DNA of 64,000 bases, taken from a virus (taxonomy: Duplodnaviria; Caudoviricetes). The DNA is taken from positions 27,928 to 91,927 of IMG/VR virus record IMGVR_UViG_2775506840_000002; one strand, 5' to 3'. A program made the translations under genes and the position numbers. The notes under the pieces are model-generated. The model ran no database searches. It worked only from the letters and a program-made list of their open reading frames with translations, and was not told where the DNA came from. Position 1 is the first letter of the stretch. Every line of letters begins with the position of its first letter. Positions 8,125-18,141 of the stretch are shown piece by piece.

Positions 8125-8929
8125 TTCCTTTCACCTTCTTTTGTTCTTTCTTAAGCTCTTGGTCAGCTATGTATTGATTGAGAGTAAGTATTTTCTCTTT
8201 AGTACATCTTTCAAGTATGCTTTTTGTGTACTTGAGGTTTCTTACTCCATTCTCAATGGTTTCTGTTAAAGATTTTTCTATTAGCTCAATCTCCATACCA
8301 TCTTCTATATAGCTTGTTAACATTTCAATTTCATATTGACTAGGCATACGTCCAAAAGTACTCTCTAGCATAGTCGCAATTCTTTTAATGTTAGTAGCAG
8401 CTGTATTCTCCTCACTACTACTTTCCTTTTCTTTCTTTTTACTTTCTATTTTCTTTACTTTACTTTGGGGATTACTGCTAGCATTAACTTCGGTTTTTGT
8501 AACAATAACTAGAGTTTTTGTTGCAGAAACTTCATTTTTGGTTAAAAGTAGGTATTCTTCATAAATTTCCATTGCGCTTCTACGTCCTATTGCGAATATA
8601 AATCTCTGTTGAATTCCATGAGAAGTTAAGATTTTGTACTTGTCATACATTTGCTGATTAAATAACCCCCACTCTAAACATGAGGTTATTACTGCATTAA
8701 CTATAGTTTCTGCTGCATTAACTCGTTTACTAAAGATTAATTGCTCCTTTTTAGTCCACTCTAAGTAGTAACCACTTTTGTAGATTGACTGAAGTAACTT
8801 TATAAAAATTGCAAATCCTACAAGTCCGTGTTCACTTTCTACAAGTTCTAGTTCATCATCTTTTCCAGCAGCAACATCCAGTGGAAAGTATTCTAACCCA
8901 TCCTTTTTAGGCCTTGCCAATTCATTCAC
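8033..8929 (-). CDS. Replication initiator (DUF4373/Lin1244 + DnaD-like)
   Basis: ARPKKDGLEYFPLD, LTSHGIQ, YTKSILE; 21-bp periodic repeats ~8470-8545. Confidence 0.8.
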   Translation of the reverse strand: MNELARPKKDGLEYFPLDVAAGKDDELELVESEHGLVGFAIFIKLLQSIYKSGYYLEWTKKEQLIFSKRVNAAETIVNAVITSCLEWGLFNQQMYDKYKILTSHGIQQRFIFAIGRRSAMEIYEEYLLLTKNEVSATKTLVIVTKTEVNASSNPQSKVKKIESKKKEKESSSEENTAATNIKRIATMLESTFGRMPSQYEIEMLTSYIEDGMEIELIEKSLTETIENGVRNLKYTKSILERCTKEKILTLNQYIADQELKKEQKKVKGNGANNTGPNTEDSEPVEDEFAKYAEQHGIQ

Positions 8930-8935
8930 CCCTTT

Positions 8936-9622
8936 CTAAAAGGGGCATAGGCTTAAATCAATTTCTAGCCCCTTTTCAGCTATGTAAGTTGATTTATTAG
9001 TCAACTCATGTATTTCTCTTTTAAATTCCTCTGCATGACTATTTGAATCACTCAGATGCAATAAAACAATATTCCTAGTCTTACTTAAGTCATTTGCCTG
9101 GAGAAAGTCTTTACAAGTCTCCAGGCTCATATGATCTCGAACTATACGGTCTGCCAGTACTGGATTGAGTCCATTATCTACATGTTCATCAAGTATCTCT
9201 TTTGAATAGTTACACTCTATAAGCCAATGATTAGTTTCCTTAAACGTGTATTCTATATAACCTGTATCTGTTCCAAAAATTAACTGACCTAAGCCTTTAT
9301 GATTAATTTTAAATCCATAACAGGGTACATCATGGTGATTCTTGAATGGTATGTAATTAAATCCACCAAACCTTAGAACCTCTTCATTCCTGTTAACTGT
9401 ATAAGGCGAATAAACCTTAATTCCTCTCATAATGTACTGCCCTACATATCCTGCATGGTCCTTATGTTCGTGACTTACTAAGCATCCGACTATCTTCCTA
9501 TAGTCCACATACCTTATGAGTTCTTTAAACGGTACCCCAGCTTCAATCACTAGGGCCTCCGTTTCAGATTCTAAGATATAACTATTACCAGCCGAACCAC
9601 TTGCTAATACTTTAAGCCTCAT
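8936..9622 (-). CDS. MBL-fold metallohydrolase (phage exonuclease)
   Basis: ASGSAGN, SHEHKDH, TDTG, HLS motifs. Confidence 0.85.
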   Translation of the reverse strand: MRLKVLASGSAGNSYILESETEALVIEAGVPFKELIRYVDYRKIVGCLVSHEHKDHAGYVGQYIMRGIKVYSPYTVNRNEEVLRFGGFNYIPFKNHHDVPCYGFKINHKGLGQLIFGTDTGYIEYTFKETNHWLIECNYSKEILDEHVDNGLNPVLADRIVRDHMSLETCKDFLQANDLSKTRNIVLLHLSDSNSHAEEFKREIHELTNKSTYIAEKGLEIDLSLCPF

Positions 9623-9893
9623 CCTCATTCCTCCTAAATTCATCATCTTCTATGAACTTAATATCTTCTCTATATACATGAATGAATGTAGGATCATCTT
9701 CTGTAAACCCAGCTTCTTTGATAAAACCTATTACTTTAACTATTTTCGAATTGGCATATCCTTCGCAAAAATGTAACTCTGCAAGATGTATATTAGGGAA
9801 CTGCCTTACTTCATCAATACTATATAGTTCTGTCACTTCTCCTGCTCTAGCAAGTGAAAATGTTTCATTAATAACCTTTACTCTTCTAGGCAT
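9612..9893 (-). CDS. Hypothetical phage protein
   Basis: ORF in operon with AGGTGG RBS. Confidence 0.6.
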   Translation of the reverse strand: MPRRVKVINETFSLARAGEVTELYSIDEVRQFPNIHLAELHFCEGYANSKIVKVIGFIKEAGFTEDDPTFIHVYREDIKFIEDDEFRRNEDEA

Positions 9894-9906
9894 TTAGAAC
9901 ACCACC

Positions 9907-10767
9907 TTAAATAGGACATACTATTTCTTCTTGAGTTGGTGCAGTTACTTGCGCTGGTACTTCTTGCTTATCTTCAACAAATGGTACATCTACAAATTCC
10001 TTACTTGCAGTCATTTCCTTTTGTTCTGCTTGTGGTGTAGGTGTAGATTCTTCATCTGCACCTTGATATGTATCAATTAGATCTCCATCATCACTGGAGT
10101 TAATAAGTGTTTTACAAACCCTTGTGATAATAGTTTTTTTACACATTTCATCCGTAAAGTTTGTGTGTGCTCCTGACTTTCCTTTTGCATAGCCTTGATT
10201 CCATGATTTCTGGATTTGGTCGTAACTCATATATACAAGGTCACCTCTTGTACCATCTTTAAAGATTGGAATAGCAAATGCACCTGTAATTTTTGACAAA
10301 TTAACATTAAGTGGATTTGGTTTGTAGGTCTTAAGCTGCATGGTGAGATCATCAATATTGAATTCCATTTCAAATTCATCACCTTCATAGATAACAAAAG
10401 CCTTTACCTCTTCAAGACCTGAAACTCTTTTAGCAATAGCCAGCTTGCCGAAGTATGAAGTCATAAGCTGAAGCTTTCCTCCGAATGCTACAAAGTAGCA
10501 TTGTTTTTTGCTTGGCTCTAGTCCCATCTTAACCATGTCTAAAAGAGAGTTGGCAATACTTTCTTTGGTACAACTTTCAAGCACTGGTTTCTTCGCATTA
10601 TCTACTGTTTCAGCTAAAATTAATGCAGCACTTTGAAGTGCATTTCCTGCTACATAGTTTTGTGGTAATACTAATGACTTGTTCTCTTGAAGCTTGTTTA
10701 CCTTTGCTAATACACTATCTGTAATTTCCTTTTGTGGTTTTACTGCTACTTGGTTATCTGACATCAT
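9907..10767 (-). CDS. recT: RecT-family single-strand annealing protein
   Basis: GLEPSKKQCYFV, VIYEGDEF, EMCKKT motifs. Confidence 0.85.
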   Translation of the reverse strand: MMSDNQVAVKPQKEITDSVLAKVNKLQENKSLVLPQNYVAGNALQSAALILAETVDNAKKPVLESCTKESIANSLLDMVKMGLEPSKKQCYFVAFGGKLQLMTSYFGKLAIAKRVSGLEEVKAFVIYEGDEFEMEFNIDDLTMQLKTYKPNPLNVNLSKITGAFAIPIFKDGTRGDLVYMSYDQIQKSWNQGYAKGKSGAHTNFTDEMCKKTIITRVCKTLINSSDDGDLIDTYQGADEESTPTPQAEQKEMTASKEFVDVPFVEDKQEVPAQVTAPTQEEIVCPI

Positions 10768-10787
10768 TTGTTCCTCCTTGGTTTTAA

Positions 10788-11015
10788 TTAATTTAATGGC
10801 ATTTGAAATACTTCATCATCTTTTGTTTTGTTTTGAATAAAGTTTGCTATAATAGCCATAACTTCTTTTGCTCTTTCCTTTGTTCCGTAATCCCCTAGAT
10901 GCACATAATCTTTTCCATAATTATTTACTATTCTTCCGCTCTCCCAAGCCTTTACTGTCTTGCATAATGTTAATGTTGTTCCATCTTGACTTCTAATCCA
11001 AATACCCTTCATCAT
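10788..11015 (-). CDS. Conserved phage protein (WIRSQD family)
   Basis: WIRSQD...LGxY..KERAKEV motif. Confidence 0.7.
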   Translation of the reverse strand: MMKGIWIRSQDGTTLTLCKTVKAWESGRIVNNYGKDYVHLGDYGTKERAKEVMAIIANFIQNKTKDDEVFQMPLN

Positions 11016-11173
11016 TTAGTTCCCTCGCTTTTCTTTTTGAATTTACATGTCCAACAATCATTACAAGTTGCACACTTTTTCTCTTTTCCATAATGGCTAC
11101 ACATAGCGCATGCTTTTGAACCATTGCATAAATGATTTTCTTTATCCCAGTTACCACATGTATCACGCTTCAT
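11012..11173 (-). CDS. 53-aa Cys-rich protein
   Basis: Manually translated; 7 Cys; overlaps neighbouring stop/start codons. Confidence 0.5.
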   Translation of the reverse strand: MKRDTCGNWDKENHLCNGSKACAMCSHYGKEKKCATCNDCWTCKFKKKSEGTK

Positions 11174-13068
11174 TATTCAATCCTCAACTCCTTATCAACT
11201 GCACTCACAATAAGGTCGATTACTTGACTTTGAGTTGCTGGAATGTCTGTTACAGATTCTCTATTATCAATGAATATAGGCGCATTCATTCCATAGTGTT
11301 CACTTAGAACATTTATAATCTCTATACCAGCTTGAACTTGGGCTGCATTATTTGCATTGCTGAAAGGAACTCCATTAATAAGTGATTCACAGCACTCTGC
11401 AAGTCCACCGTTTATTTGTTGATCAAATAGCTTAAAGCTTACGTTTTTAAACTTGCTATTGATATTAGCTTCTAGCATTTCTACTTTAGCCTTTGTAAAG
11501 TCCTCTATCATGATTTCTACTTGTTCTACATCTGCAAGCTTGCATTGTAAATCCTTAAGTTGCTCCTGAAGCTCTTTTATTCTTGCAAGCGCTTTAGCAT
11601 TGGAATCATGCTTAGATACTCTTAATTTGATATTTTGAATATTAATCTCTTCCATTTTGATAGCTTGCTTAATGGCTTCATTGTCTACGCTTTCAAATGC
11701 TTGTACCTCTTTTTTGAGAACATCTATTTGATTATCTATTTCAGACGTATCACATGGTGTAGTATCTATTGGCTTCTCAAGTATCTTTTCAACCTCATTA
11801 ATATTTGATTGAATACTTACTAATTGGCATGCAATCTCTTCAAATCTAGTAGTTAAATTCTGCATGTTCTGCTGTGTATTTAGTAAATCTGCTTTAATTA
11901 TGTTTGCTTCATTAAGCAAACGTTCTTGTCTTATAGCTTTCTCTTCTATGTATTTGCTTTTAAGCTTTTCAACTTCTTCACTAGGTAGATCCTGTCCACA
12001 AGTAGGACAAATAGCTTTATGCTCATCAAAAGTTTCTTCTTCTATTTTCATCCATTCATTACGTCTGTCTGCTACTTTTGAAGTAAGGATAACTTCATCT
12101 TGTTTTAATGCTTCAATTTTCTTGACAATACTATCTTGCTCATATGTATGATTAGATAACTCACGTTTTAAAGTTTCTAACCTGTCCTTATTTTGGTTGT
12201 ATTCTGCATATGTAGATTTATTATGCGCTCTTATAATCTCTTCTTTTGTGCGCTCTAAACTTAGTATTTGATGTTGTTTTGTACGTATCTCATTAAACTG
12301 TGCATCTGTAGCTTCTAATTGTTTTTCTAACTCTGCTTTATATGCTTCTTTTTCATCTATTTTTGCCTGGAGAACTTCTAACGGTTCAAGCCCTTCTTCT
12401 AGGCTTCTAGTTTGCTCATCAATTCTTGGTGGAATGTTCTCAATATCTGACTTAAGCTTCTTCTTAGTAGCTGCTAAAGACTTCTTGTATTCATCTGCAC
12501 TTTTACCTGCTAATGTTTCTTGAAGTTTTTCATAACCCTCTATTTGGTTATCAGCAATATTGCCACATACTTCAAATAGGAACTTTCTTTTGTCTTGCCA
12601 CTTCATTGCTTCAAAAGCTAATGGATTGGTTAAAAGCTTAAATGTCTTTTCATTAATAATTTCATTAACGTACTCTTGATACTCACTCTTTTTGCAAGGA
12701 ACCCCATCTATATAGTAGATAGTCTCATGACCACTAAACTCCTGTTCTGCTTGTCCACGCTTCTTAACCCACTTTTCTCTAAACAACTTTCCTAGTGTGA
12801 ATGTCTTGCCATTCAATACAAAGTCAGCTGTAACTTCTGTATTAAGAAAATGAATAGGCTCATTGTGTTCTGTGAGTGGTTTAATCTCGAAGTCCTTACG
12901 CTCCTGGCTATCTTTGTCATATAATAACCAACTAAACGCATCTGCTATTGTTGTTTTCCCTGTTCCATTTGCTCCATATATCCTAGTTTCTGTTGTGTCG
13001 AAAAAAATTCTTCTTTCTTTAATTCCCTTGAAATTCTTCAACTCTAGTACTTTTAATAAAAGTTTCAT
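11173..13068 (-). CDS. SbcC/Rad50-like AAA ATPase
   Basis: GANGTGKTT, coiled coil with CPTCG hook, PIFIDN. Confidence 0.85.
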   Translation of the reverse strand: MKLLLKVLELKNFKGIKERRIFFDTTETRIYGANGTGKTTIADAFSWLLYDKDSQERKDFEIKPLTEHNEPIHFLNTEVTADFVLNGKTFTLGKLFREKWVKKRGQAEQEFSGHETIYYIDGVPCKKSEYQEYVNEIINEKTFKLLTNPLAFEAMKWQDKRKFLFEVCGNIADNQIEGYEKLQETLAGKSADEYKKSLAATKKKLKSDIENIPPRIDEQTRSLEEGLEPLEVLQAKIDEKEAYKAELEKQLEATDAQFNEIRTKQHQILSLERTKEEIIRAHNKSTYAEYNQNKDRLETLKRELSNHTYEQDSIVKKIEALKQDEVILTSKVADRRNEWMKIEEETFDEHKAICPTCGQDLPSEEVEKLKSKYIEEKAIRQERLLNEANIIKADLLNTQQNMQNLTTRFEEIACQLVSIQSNINEVEKILEKPIDTTPCDTSEIDNQIDVLKKEVQAFESVDNEAIKQAIKMEEINIQNIKLRVSKHDSNAKALARIKELQEQLKDLQCKLADVEQVEIMIEDFTKAKVEMLEANINSKFKNVSFKLFDQQINGGLAECCESLINGVPFSNANNAAQVQAGIEIINVLSEHYGMNAPIFIDNRESVTDIPATQSQVIDLIVSAVDKELRIE

Positions 13069-13113
13069 CTTACAAATACCTCCTAATTGGTATATAATCT
13101 AACTGATAAATTT

Positions 13114-13521
13114 TTATTTATCTGCACCAGTATGCTTGCCGGCGGCTGGTGCATTTTTAATTGTATCTAATGCTCTTTGGTAAACTGCTGCTTCATGAAT
13201 AAGTTCTTGTACTGCGAATAATACATATTCAACTATTATTTCAAGTTGATGATTGATATCTGCTATAGGCTTATTCATCTTAATCATTTCCCAAAGTTCT
13301 ACTTTATGAATGTGCAACCAATCAAGTTGTTCAAATGCTTCTTCATGTTCTTCTAATGCAAGTCCCCACATTTCATGATGATTGTGCATGTCACCCCATT
13401 TCTCTGTGTTAAACTCAGTTTGTTCTTGCTTAAGCTGCTTGATCATATCAAGTATGTATTGGTCTTTTTCTTCTTTTGACATTATCTTAATCATTGCTAT
13501 GCTCCTTTTTCCTTTCCTCAT
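13114..13521 (-). CDS. Hypothetical protein (MazG-like helical pattern)
   Basis: HEMWGLALEEHEEA...ELIHEAAV. Confidence 0.55.
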   Translation of the reverse strand: MRKGKRSIAMIKIMSKEEKDQYILDMIKQLKQEQTEFNTEKWGDMHNHHEMWGLALEEHEEAFEQLDWLHIHKVELWEMIKMNKPIADINHQLEIIVEYVLFAVQELIHEAAVYQRALDTIKNAPAAGKHTGADK

Positions 13522-13828
13522 TTCTAGCTATGTATGATGCTCCTACCATTGATGTAATTCCTATCAAGTAACCAAATGAAAATATCAAAATATCTTTCAT
13601 AAGTCCTCCTTTTTAGTTAGAAGCTATGTACATTGAAATGCCAAAGATACCAAGTGTTATAAATGATGAGATTATATATTGTGTAAAATTAAGTAAGTCA
13701 CATTCTAATCCGCCTGCAAGGCCCAAAAGCATTACAAATGATAATACCGAAATGGTACCCATTAGCTTTTTCAATTAACTCTCACCTCATTTTTAATTGC
13801 TTGTCCAATTTCATCGCTGTAGATGAAG

Positions 13829-13993
13829 TTAATCATCTACTTCTTGTTTAACATCAATATCTTTAATTGGATTTACAAACTCGTATCCTATCTTATGTAC
13901 TGCATTAATAAGCATTTTTGTAAGCATTATCTTCTGTTCTTCTTTCGAATATGAATCTAAATCCTTTCCGTTAACTGTATAAATTACTTTCAT
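13829..13993 (-). CDS. Small protein behind a sporulation-type promoter (candidate excision factor)
   Basis: AGAGGTG RBS before MKVIY. Confidence 0.55.
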   Translation of the reverse strand: MKVIYTVNGKDLDSYSKEEQKIMLTKMLINAVHKIGYEFVNPIKDIDVKQEVDD

Positions 13994-14009
13994 ACAATCA
14001 CCTCTATTT

Positions 14010-14038
14010 ATATCTATGTTTGTATAAAATTGTCCTAT
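14010..14038 (-). promoter_or_regulatory. Candidate mother-cell (sigmaE/K, SpoIIID-box) promoter
   Basis: ATAGGACAA-N11-CATAGATAT; same element at 59290-59318. Confidence 0.4.
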
Positions 14039-14067
14039 TAGCACTTTTACAATTTATTTGTATTATG

Positions 14068-14790
14068 CTATGCTCCTTTCTTCTCAAATAAACTTGTCTG
14101 TTCATAAGGTCTTTCCATCTTCAATATCCTTATACTCTCATCAATAATATCCATAGAATTTCTAAGCGTTTCTATGTCTATATCCTCCCACTTTCTAGCA
14201 CCTAACCTAATAAGTACACGTTCTTTAACCAGTTCGTATTCTTCATCAGCTTTGGCAATTCCTAAACGTTTCTTTATGTAATGGCTGATACTTGATTTAT
14301 CTGCACATGATGGCTTGTAGTATTCAGAGCATTTCCTTTCTACTTGCTTGATAGCAATTCCTAATTGCTCGTCTACTAAGCCCATGATTTGCCCTTTGAA
14401 CTCGGCTAGGGCTTTGTTTATATCTAGTGAATGAACAACTTGTTCCATCTCATTAAAGCGTTTTACGTACTTAGCTGTAAAAATTATTCCTTTTTCTCCT
14501 GTAAATTTATTTGCTAGAAAGTCACAACCTAATCTAGTGCAGTCATAGCATTTTCTTGGTTTACCTTGTGCGTCTATATATGTACTTTCTATGAAATAAT
14601 CAGCCAACGGAAAATTCCGCTCGCTAAGAACCGGTATAATCCCCTTCGTTTTCACTGTTCCATCTGTTTTATTTGTCCCTTCTAACTTTTGTAAAATATC
14701 TGAATGTCTAACTTCCATCATCTCAGCAACTTCTACTGTAGTAATTGCTGCTGGCTTTTCTTGTTTCTTACATAATGCATTCTTTGGCAT
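14068..14790 (-). CDS. Rha-family phage regulatory protein
   Basis: EVAEMME.RH, YFIESTY, GCDFLANKFTG..G..FTAKYV.RF. Confidence 0.85.
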   Translation of the reverse strand: MPKNALCKKQEKPAAITTVEVAEMMEVRHSDILQKLEGTNKTDGTVKTKGIIPVLSERNFPLADYFIESTYIDAQGKPRKCYDCTRLGCDFLANKFTGEKGIIFTAKYVKRFNEMEQVVHSLDINKALAEFKGQIMGLVDEQLGIAIKQVERKCSEYYKPSCADKSSISHYIKKRLGIAKADEEYELVKERVLIRLGARKWEDIDIETLRNSMDIIDESIRILKMERPYEQTSLFEKKGA

Positions 14791-14793
14791 ATG

Positions 14794-15048
14794 TCATGCT
14801 CCTTTCAGTATTTGTTCTTCTTTCTGAACTTTTTCATTAAAAAAATATGATGGTATCTCTTCTTTTCTTAACCCTAAGACTTCTACTGAACGATTTATCT
14901 CATTTTGTGAAAATTCTAGTTTATTATTTAGTCTGTGGCTAAGTGAGACCCTTCCTATGCCTATCTTTTTAGCAAAATTATCTTGTGTTCCGCAAACTTC
15001 CTTAATTCTGCCTAGAAGCTTATTATAATCAAAACTCATTTTTCTCAC
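14794..15048 (-). CDS. Cro-like HTH (DUF739)
   Basis: FDYNKLLGRIKE..GTQ..FA; divergent from repressor. Confidence 0.85.
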   Translation of the reverse strand: MRKMSFDYNKLLGRIKEVCGTQDNFAKKIGIGRVSLSHRLNNKLEFSQNEINRSVEVLGLRKEEIPSYFFNEKVQKEEQILKGA

Positions 15049-15066
15049 TTCCTCTCTTTTTCATTT

Positions 15067-15183
15067 GTTCGTGTTTCTGAACTAACTAAATCATAAATCA
15101 TGAATTTTTAACTGTCAATATATTTTTTCGTGTTTCTGAACTTTTTTTATTATTATTGGTGCATAATGTTGTCTTTTCTGAAC
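15067..15183. promoter_or_regulatory. Operator cluster GTTC-N8-GAAC
   Basis: Copies at 15067, 15126, 15168 and 14814. Confidence 0.7.
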
Positions 15184-15231
15184 ACATATGATATTATCAG
15201 AATAGATTAACAAAAAAGGAGCCTTTATATC

Positions 15232-15684
15232 ATGAAGAAAACTATATCAGAAAGAATAAGAGAAGGTTTAGCAATAAGAGGCATGAAACAAGCTGATTTA
15301 GTTAATAAAACCGGAATTGGTAAATCCTCTATCAGTACTTATATTTCAGGTTCTTATGAACCTAAACAAACTAATATCTATAAAATTGCTAAGGCATTAG
15401 ATGTTAATGAGGCATGGCTTATGGGGCATGATGTTAAAATGGATAGAGATACCTCAGCCCAAGAACTTAATTTAACTGCAGCCGAACAGGAACATCTTAA
15501 GAGATATAGAACACTGGATGAAAAAGGACAACATACGGTAGATACCGTACTATATATGGAGTATAACCGTTGTACCAATGACTATTTAATGCCAATAGCG
15601 GCACATAATGATAATATTAACGATGAACAATTAGAGAAAATAAATAGAGATATAGAAAACATTTTACTTAAGAAAAAAAGATAA
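15232..15684 (+). CDS. CI-like XRE repressor
   Basis: N-terminal HTH, PIAAH motif typical of ImmA-cleaved repressors. Confidence 0.85.
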   Translation: MKKTISERIREGLAIRGMKQADLVNKTGIGKSSISTYISGSYEPKQTNIYKIAKALDVNEAWLMGHDVKMDRDTSAQELNLTAAEQEHLKRYRTLDEKGQHTVDTVLYMEYNRCTNDYLMPIAAHNDNINDEQLEKINRDIENILLKKKR

Positions 15685-15701
15685 TTTTATAATTTTTAAA
15701 G

Positions 15702-16226
15702 GTGATTTGCTTGAATGAATATGAAATTTTATTGCACAAAAGTTCTAAAGAAGGACTTGAAGTATTTGAAATGGCTTTGGAATCAGATTCTGATGCATTA
15801 TGTGTTGGTGATACATTAGCCTTAAATACAAGACTATTAAGTACAGTACCCGAAAAAAGATGTACTTTAAGTGAGGAAGTCTGGCATAGCAAAACAACTG
15901 TTGGAAATATAATTGATACTCGTGACATTAATAATCTAAAACAAGAATGTTTTGCACGAAAGTGTTCTTTTGAAGATTTAATTCCGCTTGATAACATTGT
16001 GCAAGCATTACTTAATCACTGCTTAAATTTACAAGATGTATGTGAGTACCTGTGTGTAACAGAAAAGTACTTCTGTGAAGCAATTGCTTACTATAAGCAA
16101 AAATATGGTCCATATTATAGATGTAAAGAATACACATTACATTTTGAACCTTTGTCAGTTATAGGTTCATCAAAAGGAGATGGTTTAAATGACAGCAGCT
16201 CTTTATATTCGAGTAAGTACAGATGA
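15702..16226 (+). CDS. ImmA/IrrE-like antirepressor protease
   Basis: EKRCTLSEEVWH...KQE..AR; located between repressor and integrase. Confidence 0.75.
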   Translation: MICLNEYEILLHKSSKEGLEVFEMALESDSDALCVGDTLALNTRLLSTVPEKRCTLSEEVWHSKTTVGNIIDTRDINNLKQECFARKCSFEDLIPLDNIVQALLNHCLNLQDVCEYLCVTEKYFCEAIAYYKQKYGPYYRCKEYTLHFEPLSVIGSSKGDGLNDSSSLYSSKYR

Positions 16227-17649
16227 TCAGCTAGAGTTCTCTCCTGATGCTCAAAAAAGAGCATTACTTGAATACGCTAAAAAGAATAATATATTAGTAG
16301 ATGAACAATATATTTTTGTTGATGAAGGTATTAGTGGCACAAGTGCTAAGAAAAGACCTGCCTTCCAAACTATGATTGCTACAGCGAAGAAAAAGCCTAA
16401 ACCATTTGATACTATTTTAGTTCATAAATTCGATCGTTTTGCACGTTCTAGGGAAGACTCTGTAGTATATAAAAGTCTTCTTCGTAAAGAATGCGACATA
16501 AAAGTTATATCTATAACAGAACAAATGGAAGATGATAAATTCAGTGTTATTCTAGAGGCTATGCTTGAAGCTATGGCAGAATACTACTCTCTTAACTTAA
16601 GTGATGAGGTTATGAAAGGAATGACTGAAAAAGCACGTAGAGGGTTACCACAGTCAGAAGCACCATATGGATATAGGCGCGATGGAGATAAATATGTTTT
16701 AGTAGATGATGAAGCTGAAATTGTAAAAATGATATTCTCAAAATTTAATAGTGGTGAACTTGGATACGGGGAAATTTGCAGGTTTTTACTTCTAAATGGA
16801 ATTACAAATAGAAAGGGTCAATCATTTACTGTTAGTGGAATAAAATATATGCTAGAAAATCCAATTTATTGTGGTAAAGTTCGCTGGAACTACTCTACTC
16901 ATAAAGGTGGGCGTAGGAAAAATCCCAAAGAAGAATGGATCATAACCGATGGTGAGCATCAACGTATTATTAGCGATGAACTATACCAAAGTGTTCAACA
17001 AAAGATTGCTTCATTAAAAAAGGCTCCTGGACACTATACTCCTAATAAAGAAATTAAGCACTGGTTAAGTGGGCTCTTAAGATGTTCAAATTGCAACAAG
17101 GTATTAGTGTATAATAAAGGTTATCATAAGTACCCCTTTTATAGATGTAACGGATATAATAAAGGCGTATGCACTACCAGCAATATGGGGCCATTACATT
17201 TTTATGAAAAAGAAGTTTTGAAAGCATTATCTCTTAAATTTAATGAGCTTAGCCAAGGACTAGGCAACATAGATTCAGTAGTTGTAAAAACAAATAAAGA
17301 AACATCCAATAAAATTCTTCTTCAAAAACAGTTAGAAAAGGTTAGAAGAAAATATGAAATTGCTAAAAAGGCTTATTTGGCTGAAATTGATACTTTAGAA
17401 GAATATGCAAACAATAAATCAGATATTGAAAAAGAAGAAAGAGATCTATTAGATAAACTTTCTAAAGAAATTAGTTCTGAGGATGTATCAAAAATTATAA
17501 CTTCTAAGTTAGAACATGCCATCCAAATATTAAATGATGATTCAAAAAGTAATACTGAAAAAAATACATTTTTAAAGAGCTTTATAAATAGTATAGATGT
17601 AGATAGAAACAATGATATACTAAAGATAAATATGTACGTAGAGTGCTAA
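16189..17649 (+). CDS. Large serine recombinase (integrase 1)
   Basis: YIRVST, DRFAR, PYGY, CxxC Zn ribbon. Confidence 0.95.
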   Translation: MTAALYIRVSTDDQLEFSPDAQKRALLEYAKKNNILVDEQYIFVDEGISGTSAKKRPAFQTMIATAKKKPKPFDTILVHKFDRFARSREDSVVYKSLLRKECDIKVISITEQMEDDKFSVILEAMLEAMAEYYSLNLSDEVMKGMTEKARRGLPQSEAPYGYRRDGDKYVLVDDEAEIVKMIFSKFNSGELGYGEICRFLLLNGITNRKGQSFTVSGIKYMLENPIYCGKVRWNYSTHKGGRRKNPKEEWIITDGEHQRIISDELYQSVQQKIASLKKAPGHYTPNKEIKHWLSGLLRCSNCNKVLVYNKGYHKYPFYRCNGYNKGVCTTSNMGPLHFYEKEVLKALSLKFNELSQGLGNIDSVVVKTNKETSNKILLQKQLEKVRRKYEIAKKAYLAEIDTLEEYANNKSDIEKEERDLLDKLSKEISSEDVSKIITSKLEHAIQILNDDSKSNTEKNTFLKSFINSIDVDRNNDILKINMYVEC

Positions 17650-17668
17650 TCATAAGCACTCTTTTTAT
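17640..17668 (+). terminator. Integrase terminator
   Basis: AGAGTGCT...AGCACTCT + T run. Confidence 0.75.
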
Positions 17669-17669
17669 T

Positions 17670-17715
17670 TGTGTACCTTTAATACTCCAAGGTTACCTGG
17701 AAAAGTTGCCCCTAT
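17670..17715. other. attR of prophage 1 (crossover near GG 17691-17692)
   Basis: SpoVFA similarity starts abruptly at LPGKVAP; the expected preceding Gly codon reads AGG. Confidence 0.65.
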
Positions 17716-17782
17716 GACAGCAGCAGCAATCCTCTATCAAGGTCTTACTCTCATCATGCGCGAACAGGGGGAACAAATATGA
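17693..17782 (+). pseudogene. spoVFA: 3' fragment of dipicolinate synthase subunit A (split by prophage 1)
   Basis: LPGKVAPMTAAAILYQGLTLIMREQGEQI*, resembles the SpoVFA C-terminus; ATGA overlap with spoVFB. Confidence 0.85.
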
Positions 17783-18141
17783 CAGATTTGAAAAATTTAA
17801 AATTAGGTGTTGCACTTTGCGGCTCCTTTTGTACGTTTAAGAAAGCAATGGTTATGCTTCAAAATTTAGTTGACTTAGGTGTTGATGTCTATCCAATTAT
17901 GTCTTTCAATGCGTACTCTATTTCTACACGTTTTGGAAGTGCCACTGACTTTATAGATCAAGTTGAAACGATTACTGGAAAACCAATCATTCATTCTATT
18001 CATGATGCAGAACCTTTAGGACCAAAAAGTATGATTGATGCACTTCTCATTGCACCTTGCACAGGTAATACACTTTCTAAAATTGACCATGCAATTGTTG
18101 ATACACCTGTTGTTTTAGCTGCAAATGCAACCATGATATGA
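17779..18141 (+). pseudogene. spoVFB: 5' fragment of dipicolinate synthase subunit B (split by prophage 2)
   Basis: GSFCT, TRFG, AEPLGP, APCTGNT motifs; stops at 120 aa, before the RPVV/STND part of the ~200-aa protein. Confidence 0.9.

Larger units (their letters stand above)
1..17692. mobile_element. Prophage 1 (right part), integrated in spoVFA
   Basis: Phage early, replication and lysogeny genes ending in a serine integrase, followed immediately by the spoVFA 3' fragment. Confidence 0.9.
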
